NCBI GenBank assembly: GCA_951406725.2 | Contig: OX597815.1 | Location: forward strand, 11,904,001-11,968,000 | Source: Octopus vulgaris | Taxonomy: Eukaryota | Length of the DNA: 64,000 nucleotides | Direction of reading: 5' to 3' | In this document: positions 54,850-64,000 of the stretch, in pieces | Layout of the letters: each line of letters starts with the position of its first letter | Numbering within the stretch: position 1 is the first letter of the stretch | Made by a program: the position numbers and the translations under genes | The notes under the pieces: model-generated | The model's input: the letters and a program-made list of their open reading frames with translations, nothing else | What the model was told of the DNA's origin: nothing | Database searches by the model: none

Positions 54850-55720
54850 AAGAATATCTTAACAAATTTTCAAGCCGATCACATGGTGGAATGACGTTCA
54901 TTTCCATTTCGGATAAAAACAGTCTTGTTGAATTCGTAGAGATGCTCCTAAAAGAAACAATAAATCAAGGGGCGCTAATCTTGGGTGACAACATTTGAGT
55001 GATTATCTCCCTTGAAATGTACTTTGGGGCAATGAGTCATGTTGGGTGGTAGATTTGTTTGCATTAACTTATATTATTTTCTAGATTTATGTGATGTTCG
55101 TAATCTTGTGTGTTGAGGTATTTCGTCATGGGGGACGGGGGGGTGCTATTTCTTCAGCGTGCGGAGTTCGTGTGTTATGTATATTGGAATTTTACATTAA
55201 GGAAAGGGCCTATCCTACTGGATAGGTGATGGTGATGGTCCCTCTTTGAAGTGTTTAAGTGTGAAATATTGTTTGTGTATGCAGGGAGAGAATATTTGAT
55301 CCCTATTATTGAAGATGATGCCTGTTGACAGAATATTTAGATGTTCAGTGGTACAGACCTCATATTTGGTACCCCCTCCTTTGTCTTTTCTTACTTAACC
55401 AATGGCGTTCTATTTATCTGGTGGTTACTTCTTCCGCCATTTTCAATTTTCATATCATTTTGGGTAGAGAACGCCGCGAGCTTTTTCATTTTGTTTTCTC
55501 TGAATGACGTCTACCATGAACAAATCTATCAACACCAAATTTATCACTCGACATGACTGCTTGCCCAAATGTCTAATTTAACGGAGATAACCATCGAATA
55601 AATGTTATTGAAGAGTAACGCCTATTGATCTATGGCTTTATCAACGATAATCCGCCCCGAATTCAACAATATTTTGTGATTTATCCAAAATGGTAACGAA
55701 CACCATTTTTCTATGCGATC
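54850..55720 (-). mobile_element. Possible decayed Penelope-like RT remnant
   Basis: Weak minus-strand motifs NIVEF and RNVIPP (cf. FDIVEFY and RNIIWFNPP). Very disrupted. Confidence 0.35.
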
Positions 55721-55946
55721 GGCTATCTATCTATCTATTTATCTACCTATCTGTCTGTCTATATACATATATATCTACAAACAGACATACACACACATAT
55801 ATATGTATGTATATGGAAGTATATATATATATGTATGTGCGTGTGTGTATATATATATATATATTATATACAACTATATAATTAGATAAGTATAATAACA
55901 ATAAGAGTTATATTTACATAATTATATATTTGTATTTGTTGTTACC

Positions 55947-56074
<128 letters not shown>

Positions 56075-56452
56075 GATGTATTCGTCGAGATCTGACGAGA
56101 ACAGTGATTTGTAATTAGTTTAATTTAATTAAATTAATTTTATTTATTTTACAATATTATTTACATGTTTAATATCGCTGTTCGGAATGATAGTATGCAT
56201 GTTTTAAAATCCTTTTCAAATTCTAATATGTTGTCTTTCCTACAAGTTTTTGACGTTCTATCGTATACTTTTCCATAAATTCTCGTAACACACCATATAC
56301 ATGTAATAATAATGTCATATTCGCAAAAATCTTACGCCAGTAAGCTACCAAAAAAAATGAAGAATCTTTGTTAGAAATCAGCCTTTGGAACCCTCCAAAG
56401 TAAAGGATGAAATAAAACTCAACCTTTTGACACACACACAAACACACATACA

Positions 56453-56516
<64 letters not shown>

Positions 56517-56530
56517 GATATATGTATATA

Positions 56531-57300
56531 TTAGGTTGTTTCACATGAAATGTCGTATTTGAAAGTTAGCAATGAAATATTTCAGAAATGTTTGAAAATT
56601 GATATATTTTGTTCCTTTATCACATTTATCCAACGTTTCTGTATGTCATAAATTCCATCTTCAAAAAAAAAATTCATCTCTTGCTGTGATAAACTCTCCA
56701 AATGCTTCAATTACCTCTTCTCCTTTTAAAAATGTTTTATTGCTTATGAAAAAATCAAAATGCTTAAATAAGTGATGATCAATAGGAGAGATATCAGAGG
56801 AATAGGGAGGAGGAATATTGCAAGATCTCATAATTCGGATTTTGCAACTTTTGAACCGTAGCTGGAGAAGTGTGACGACGTGCATTGTCGTGGATCAATA
56901 TTGGGCCATCTCTATTCACTAGTCTGGGTTGCATATTTTTAAAATTCTCATGAGTACGATCAATTTCCTGGTAATATGATGTTACTATTACCATTTTTCC
57001 TTGTTGCAAAATTTAATCATGAATAACTCGCCATCACAGACCACCACACTATGGCCACTAGCTTTTTAGGGTGCAATGGTATGTTTAGATGACTCTCCTG
57101 CATCTAATCACTGCCCTGTTCTCCTGCAGTTGCAAAGAATATGCATTTCACATCAAAAGTGATGATTTGCTGCAAGAATGTCATTTTTCTACTCAAGAGA
57201 ACAATAAGGGGTACACTTCGAGGCGTCTCTTTTATTGAAATAAATAAATTATTGGATTGATGTTTAACACACCCCTTTGAATGATTTCTTTTCCTCAGTA
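56531..57300 (-). mobile_element. Mariner (DD34D) transposase pseudogene with one TIR
   Basis: FLQQIITFDVKCI, LHPKK, PILIHDNARRH and PPYSSDISPIDHHLF (YSPDLAPSD-like), with frameshifts. TA|TTAGGTTG terminus at 56531. The 5' part is lost at a (TA)n tract. Confidence 0.92.
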
Positions 57301-57353
57301 TGTTACTTTGTATATATATATATATATATGGAGATAGGGAGACAGATAGGCAG

Positions 57354-57390
<37 letters not shown>

Positions 57391-57440
57391 TAGATAGAGA
57401 CATATATACAAAGTTAGATAGATGGTTAGATGGCTAGAAT

Positions 57441-57587
57441 GTGACCGCGTGTGTACCGTTGGCGATTTTTTCCTCCGTTTTCTCTTCTTTGGATCTTTTC
57501 TTTTCCTACGTTTCTGACGAAGAGCTCCGCTCGAAACGTAAAACGTTACCTCTTTCCTTCCTTCCTGAGCGTCCAATAATACTATAT
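57441..57587 (+). mobile_element. Short hammerhead-bearing element (family H1) within microsatellites
   Basis: Colinear with 19145-19290 and with 35160-35322 (-): cgttggcgatttttt, pyrimidine tract, hammerhead, cctgagcgtc. Confidence 0.85.
57508..57546 (+). ncRNA. Minimal type-I hammerhead ribozyme with intact core
   Basis: ACGTTT-CTGACGA-a-GAGC-tcc-GCTC-GAAA-C-GTA-AAACGT: perfect 6-bp stem I, 4-bp stem II, all core nucleotides and a GUA triplet (predicted cut after 57540). Confidence 0.82.
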
Positions 57588-57634
57588 ATTGGTAGATAGA
57601 TTGATAGACTAACAGACTGACAGACTGATAGCTT

Positions 57635-57770
<136 letters not shown>

Positions 57771-58330
57771 GAGATAGATAGATAGAGAGATAGAGAGATA
57801 TTAAGAGAGGTAGATCTCTCAGTTATTTGCCGGCGGCAATCATGTGACCCCGTCTTGAAGGATTTATGGGGAATAAATTTCCATATTTTATTCGAAGAAA
57901 ACACCTTGTCAAGTGATATTGGGAAACAAACGTAGAAACATAGCTTTTATTCTCGTATGCGTTATCGTAAAGCACCGTTTCTATCTTGCCTCATTGTGTT
58001 TGGAAGTTCAGGCGTCTCGACAGATGGAGTGAACTAATTCAATTAAGTCGTTTTTTACGAAGTCAATCGTAAATACTTTATGCAAAGCACCGGTCTTCTT
58101 TGTGGTACTTTGCCAAAACTAAAGCAACTAAGTTGGCTAGATATGTGGGATATCTACAGACCAATTGCACACCACATAGAATCGACTGTAAAATCATAGA
58201 GAAATCTAAGGCATATGTAATTGGATCAAGACAATGTAATCACTGCATTTGTACCAGAAGTCTTATAATTCAGAATTACATTGGCAGCTTAGTGTTATTG
58301 TTACTTTTCTCGTTACAGTTTATTTATCAA

Positions 58331-58712
58331 CTAGCAGTATCGCCCGGCGTTGCTCAGGTTTGTAAGGGAAATAACTATAAAGCATTTTTAGAGAGTTATA
58401 GCCAAAAAATAGCAGAAAAATGGAAAAAAATGATGGTAAATTTTTTTTTAGTTAAAAAAGGTGGAGTTGCGTCCCCTAGACAGTTTGCGGTTTGTGTTTC
58501 TGATTCTCGACCCCATGTCGAATTTATCGATTTTTTTCAGAACTGGGGGAACTTTTAAAAATTTTCGCTGCGTTAGTTTTGAATTATGACATTGGGCTAT
58601 GTGTGTGTCAAGTTTCATCAGAATCGGTTGAAAGCCGTGGTCAGGGTGAGGGTACAAGCAAACAGACACACAGAAACACGCACAGACAAACTGCCGTTTA
58701 TATATAGAGAGA
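58331..58712 (-). mobile_element. Complete non-autonomous Helitron
   Basis: Minus strand A|TCTCTCTATATA...cctgagcaacgccggg (hairpin) cgatactgCTAG|T: 5' TC, 3' CTAG, subterminal hairpin, AT target and no TSD. Confidence 0.88.
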
Positions 58713-58767
58713 TACTTTAAACCATTACTGTGAATTGTATATATTTATATGAATTCGTGAATATATA

Positions 58768-59180
58768 GGCGCAAGAGTGGCTGTGTGGTAAGTAGCTTGC
58801 TAACCAACCACATGGTTCCGGGTTCAGTCCCACTGCGTGGCATCTTGGGCAAGTGTCTTCTGCTATAGCCCCGGGCCGACCAATGCCTTGTGAGTGGATT
58901 TGGTAGACGGAAACTGAAAGACGTCTGTCGTATATATGTATGTATGTGTGTGTGTGTTTGTGCTTCTTCTGTGTTTGTCCCCCTAGCATTGCTTGACAAC
59001 CGATGCTGGTGTGTTTACGTCCCCGTCACTTAGCGGTTCGGCAAAAGAGACCGATTGAATAAGTACTGGGCTTACAAAGAATAAGTCCCGGGGTCAATTT
59101 GCTCGACTAAAAGGCGGTGCTCCAGCATGGCCGCAGTCAAATGACTGAAACAAGTAAAAGAGTAAAAGAGTAAAGAGTAA
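58768..59180 (+). mobile_element. SINE family A, full length
   Basis: Near-identical to 2333-2763 (-) and 37647-38048. Confidence 0.93.
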
Positions 59181-59371
59181 TATAGATTTTTATAGTTTAG
59201 GTTTAAACTATTTAGTAGTACACTAGCTGGCAGTTGCTTTGCTTTGGCTCTGAAGAAGATAGATTTTGGTTAGTGTTCCTTATGTTATCAGTCGCTCATT
59301 TGGTTGTTAAGACGGAACCATGACCGCACAAAAACGAATAGCTGAAACAATAGATCCTACGATAAATACAC

Positions 59372-59687
59372 GCACTCCATCGGTTACGACGAAGTGTGTC
59401 CCAGCTGATACGATCAACGGAACAGCCTCCTCGTGAAATTAACGTGCAAGTGACTGAGCAATCCACAGACACGCGTACCCCTAACGTAATTCACAGGGAG
59501 ATTCAGTGTGACACAGTGTGACAAGTCTGGCCCTTTTTGAAATACAGGTACAACTCATTTTTGCCAGCTGAGTGGACTGGAGCAACATGAAATACCTTGT
59601 CTTGCTCAAGGACACAACGCGCCGCCGGGAATCGAACTCACGACCTTACAATCGTGAGCCGAATGCCCAAATCTCTAAGCCACGCAT
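59372..59687 (-). mobile_element. tRNA-derived CORE-SINE with the family C tail
   Basis: Head has B box GAGTTCGATTCC and CORE-like GTCCTTGAGCAAG...GCTCCAGTCCACTCAGCTG. 59372-59555 matches 41483-41666. Confidence 0.88.
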
Positions 59688-59743
59688 ATTACATATATAT
59701 GTGTATAACACAGTATTTACATTGTATACATACATACATACAT

Positions 59744-59794
<51 letters not shown>

Positions 59795-59965
59795 AATGAG
59801 GGTGAAAAATTGATATTAATTTAATAATACCATTATTTCTGTGGCTATACTATCGGAGTTATTTTTAGCACTAGAGCCATCCACATAGTGGTAACTCTCT
59901 AATAATTTATATATTTAGATAGTATATATATATATACATATATGTATATATGTATGTATATAAAA

Positions 59966-60019
<54 letters not shown>

Positions 60020-60263
60020 GAAAGTGATATATATATAGAGAGAGAGGGGCCAGAAGATCAACTAAGAGAAATGAAGTGAGAGAGTGGGTATTTTATGTAT
60101 TTATTCTATTCATTGCAGCTGATTCATAACTTCGTCTACTCGGTATGCTTTATGTTTTACTGCTTAGCGTTTCTTCGTTGAAGGAGAGAAGCCTTTACTT
60201 GGGATACGATCCTTTGTTATCAATGCAAGTTTTGTGTGTTGCGGCTAGTACACACATACATCT

Positions 60264-60595
60264 GAGACCCCCTTCAGTCACGACACAGACCATGGTATTG
60301 CACCTAGAAAGTTACCCTACCAGGCACAAGTCCGGGCAAGGTTGTTTTATGGAAGACCAGCAGTCGCCCATGCATACCAGCCTCCCCTCTCCACGCCACC
60401 AGTGTTATCCAAGGGAAAGGCAAAGGGGCCGATACAGCTTGGCACCTGTGACGTTGCAACTCATTTCTACAGCTGGAGCAACGTCAAATAAAGTGTCTTG
60501 CTCAAGAACACAACACGCAGCTCGGTTCGGGATTCGAGCTCACAACCTCACGATCGTAAGCTCGACGCTGTAACCACTGAGTCATGCGCCTTCAC
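60264..60595 (-). mobile_element. tRNA-derived CORE-SINE, family D (distinct tail)
   Basis: Head GTGAAGGCGCATGACTCAGTGG...GAGCTCGAATCC, CORE-like TTCTTGAGCAAGACACTT, and a unique GC-rich tail. Confidence 0.82.
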
Positions 60596-61379
60596 AGACA
60601 TACATATGTATGTATATATATTAACGTATATATTTATGTACGTATATAGACGAACGTGTGTATATAGGTGTTTGTGCATGCTTCTGTGTGTGTATGTATG
60701 TATGCCTGCTCGTGAATATGTGTCTGCATGCGCATGTGCGCGCGTGAGCGTCAGTACCCATATCAGTCAGTTTCTGTTTTGCTTTCTAGAATAAATTTAC
60801 TTATCAAAATGTGTTATTAAAAATAGTAAACGAGGAACGTATTCATTTTCTTTATACTACGCTTCTTTTGTTCCCCAATAATCCTTTACAGTTAATTTGG
60901 AACAGCATTCTCTAGGTCCTCTCTATTCCAGACAAGCCCATTATTATTTTGTAGATGGAGGCGATTTTAATGGCGTATTGTATAACTGTTTTATAGAAAA
61001 CGACGATCATGTGATTGATGTTTTGTTAATGATGTCATTTGAACAAAGTCTGTTCAGCTTCTAAATTTTGGTCTCATCAATCAGGACATTGTCCATATTT
61101 GTTATAAAAGCGTGCAAGCTCAAAAACTTTTACCATTTGTTACCATGATTTATCTTCAAGCATATATTATATTATTTTTAGCGGGATTGCCAGAAGAAAA
61201 TGTTACTGATATCACTGATTCCAGGCAATAACATTTTTCTACCTAATTTTTTATGTGGTGACCAAACCCTTGTGAATGCATTTGTTAGATGAAAACTGAA
61301 ACTCGTATATACATACATACATACATACATACATACATACATACATACATACATACATACACACGCATACACACATATA

Positions 61380-61424
<45 letters not shown>

Positions 61425-61593
61425 GTGTGTATGTATGTGTGTGTTGTGTGTATGTGAGTTTATGCGAAATAATTGAGATTCAGTTGAATTATATACTTCA
61501 GCTGAAGCACCGAATCAGTCCGGTATTATCCGCATAGCCCGAAGTACGGCGATTAAAATCAATATAAGCAACCATATAACAAGTAGTGATGGA

Positions 61594-61674
61594 GTATGAC
61601 CGTTTCGAGCGGCTCCATTTAAGTGAAGAATGCAATCATTATATCAATTTAAATGCAATGCCATCTTCAGATGC
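61594..61674 (-). ncRNA. Type-I hammerhead-like motif with an extended stem II (family H4)
   Basis: Minus strand gcat-CTGAAGA-tggc..catttaa...ttaaatg..gccgctc-GAAA-CG-GTC-atac. The core and GUC are intact; stems I and II are imperfect. Confidence 0.55.
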
Positions 61675-61929
61675 ACAAATAAATCAATAGTATTTTAACA
61701 AGTAGGACACATTGATATATTGTTTAATAAATTCACAGAACAAGAAGATGTAAGAAATTCATGTTGTCGCTATTGAAGCTGAGAGTAGACTACAACTTCC
61801 AAGAATCGCATGGAGTATAGTGGGGTCATACCGTCTTAACTGCTGTAATTAATTTCTAATACATTTATCGCTTTACCAACAACTAAAACTAAGACTAAAG
61901 GATTGTACCAATTATATATATATATATAA

Positions 61930-64000
61930 TTGGCCAGCTTCACCCAGATGTGAGAAGGGCGGCAGCTGAACAGCAGTTTTTTTTGTGCATGGCACAAAAA
62001 ATTGTTCAGCAGCTGACCTGGCTACAAGCACAAAGCTGGAACTACCACCACATAAGGCCACCTCCAACAGATGCAGGATGGCCACCACAGACACCAACAC
62101 CAACACACACACCACAAAAATATTTCTACTGAATGTAGGAGGGCTGCTGCGCGGAAACTGTAAAAAGAAAATTTCATTCCTGAGAGACCTTGTGACATGC
62201 AATCAAGCTATATGCATGGCACTCACAGAAACGCATCTTGAACCCGATATAGGTGATGCAGAAATACACATGCCGCAATATGCAGTCATACGCACAGATA
62301 GAAAAGGGAGGAGCCATGGTGGAGTTGCAATGTACATCCGAGATGACCTCACGCCCCAGGTCCTGCTGTCATATTCAAACTCAGTGTGTGAAACTCAAAT
62401 TGTACACATAAGACAACTGAATATCGTCATATGCACTACATATCGCCCACCAGATGCCCCAAAACACTCAGGCATGTTTGAAGACTGCCTAACAAAAATA
62501 GGAGAAGTCCTCACCAACCTTGAACAGCACAACAGTGTATTCTTCATGGGTGACTTTAACCTCCCCAATGTGGAATGGCCTGGGGGGCAGATGCTCCTAG
62601 GGATGACACACCATCAGCAGGCACAGGTAGAGTCCCTGATCCATCTCACAAATGCCTCTTTCATGGAGCAAATAGTTCTGCAACCAACAAGGGCAGATAA
62701 TATACTGGATCTCTGCTTCACAAACAATATGGATATTATCCATAATGTTAATGTGATGCCGACAATGATCTCGGATCACAACATAATAGAGCTGTCTATG
62801 TATGGAACAAAAGCCCCCGCAGACACACAGCCTATACGAAGCACCCACCATCTCTCCAACTTAAACTTTCATAAAGCCAACTGGAAGTCGATTGAGAAAG
62901 AGATCCTCAAACAGGATTGGCCTGAATGTCTCTCCACACCGGACATAAACATGAAACACAAACACTTCATGTCCATAATACAAGCCATATGTGACAAATA
63001 TGTCCCAATGTGCAGGGCCAGCACGCACAAGAACAAAAACAGGATCCCTAGAGAAAGGAGGATTCTTATGAGACGATGGACAAGGATTGCAAACCGCCTG
63101 AGCAAGCACACCAAAAGTGGTGAGAAGTCTCGGCTCGAAAGAATGCTAATGGAAACTGAGTAAAGTCTACATCAGTCCCATGAAAAGGAGAGAGCAGATA
63201 AAGAAGCTTGGGTAATAGAAAATATAAAATCAAACCCTAAAGCTTTCTTTAAGTTTGCCAAAGAGACAGCCACAGTGCACCAGAGAATAGGACCTCTCTT
63301 CCAAAAAGATGGCTCTCTTACAGGAAATCCCACGAGGATAAGCGAAATACTGAACGAACAGTTCCAAAGTGTGTTCACTACACCTCTAGGACACAGGCAA
63401 GTAAACAACCCAGAAGAATTCTTTGCCACTTTACCAGCGGCCAAAGAGACAAAAATTGAGTACATCAACATCGAAGATGATGATATCACACTAGCCATTG
63501 ATGAGATTGACACAAACTCAGCTGCTGGACCTGATGGATTCCCAGCGATCCTTCTCAAATCGTGCAAACGAGCCCTTGCAAAACCGCTACAGCTTCTTTT
63601 TCAGAGCTTTCTTGCAAGTGGTAAGCTCCTAGTCAAACTGAAAGAGGGGGTAATATGCCCTATCCATAAGAGAGGTAGCAGAGCAGATGCTAAAAATTAT
63701 AGGCCTATCTCTCTGACCTCACACATCAGCAAAGTCATGGAACGAATAGTCCGTAAGAAACTAATCATGTTCCTTGAAGAAAATGACTTACTGTCTGACA
63801 CCCAGCATGGATTTCTACCAGGTAGAGGCTGCCTAACACAGCTCCTGCAACACTATGACTGGGTGTTGAAACAGCTACTAAATGGCTCAAATGTGGATGT
63901 AATATATCTCGACTTTGCAAAAGCCTTTGATAAAGTCGACCATGGTATGATCTGTCACAAACTGCGTGGTCTCGGCATAGGCGGGAAACTTGGAGAGTGG
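61930..64000 (+). mobile_element. CR1/L2-group LINE, ORF2 (APE endonuclease plus reverse transcriptase), truncated by the window edge, with one in-frame stop
   Basis: ORF 61985-63163 has APE motifs (LTETHL, GGVAMY, YRPP, MGDFN, NILDL, SDH). After TAA at 63161-63163 the same frame continues to the edge: NPKAFF, AAGPDG, NYRPISLTS, QHGF, YLDFAKAFDKVDH. It starts directly after (TA)n. Confidence 0.93.

Noticed and set aside
62597-63567. Minus-strand ORFs overlapping the LINE
   Set aside because: Antisense shadows of the LINE ORF2 reading frame.

Overview
AT-rich, microsatellite-dense animal genomic DNA. The SINE families and repeat landscape suggest a coleoid cephalopod, most likely Octopus (inference, not a database result). 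I can support only one host coding feature: a 192-bp phase-0/phase-0 exon at 31745-31936 (- strand) of an alpha-carbonic-anhydrase-related protein (CA10/CARP-like, His94 zinc ligand replaced by Lys). The rest of the window looks intronic or intergenic. It holds at least three tRNA-derived SINE families (including a 5-unit tandem array and head/tail chimeras), a young CR1/L2-group LINE ORF2 running off the right edge, decayed RTE, CR1/L2, RLE-type and Penelope-like retroelements, a mariner remnant, several TIR/foldback MITEs and non-autonomous Helitrons. The most interesting signal is a set of short (TA)n-embedded elements carrying minimal type-I hammerhead ribozyme motifs, about 8 copies in at least 4 sequence families, one with an intact core and perfectly paired stems at 57508-57546. 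Most ORFs in the supplied track are microsatellite artefacts. All alignments were done by eye, so boundaries of decayed elements are approximate.
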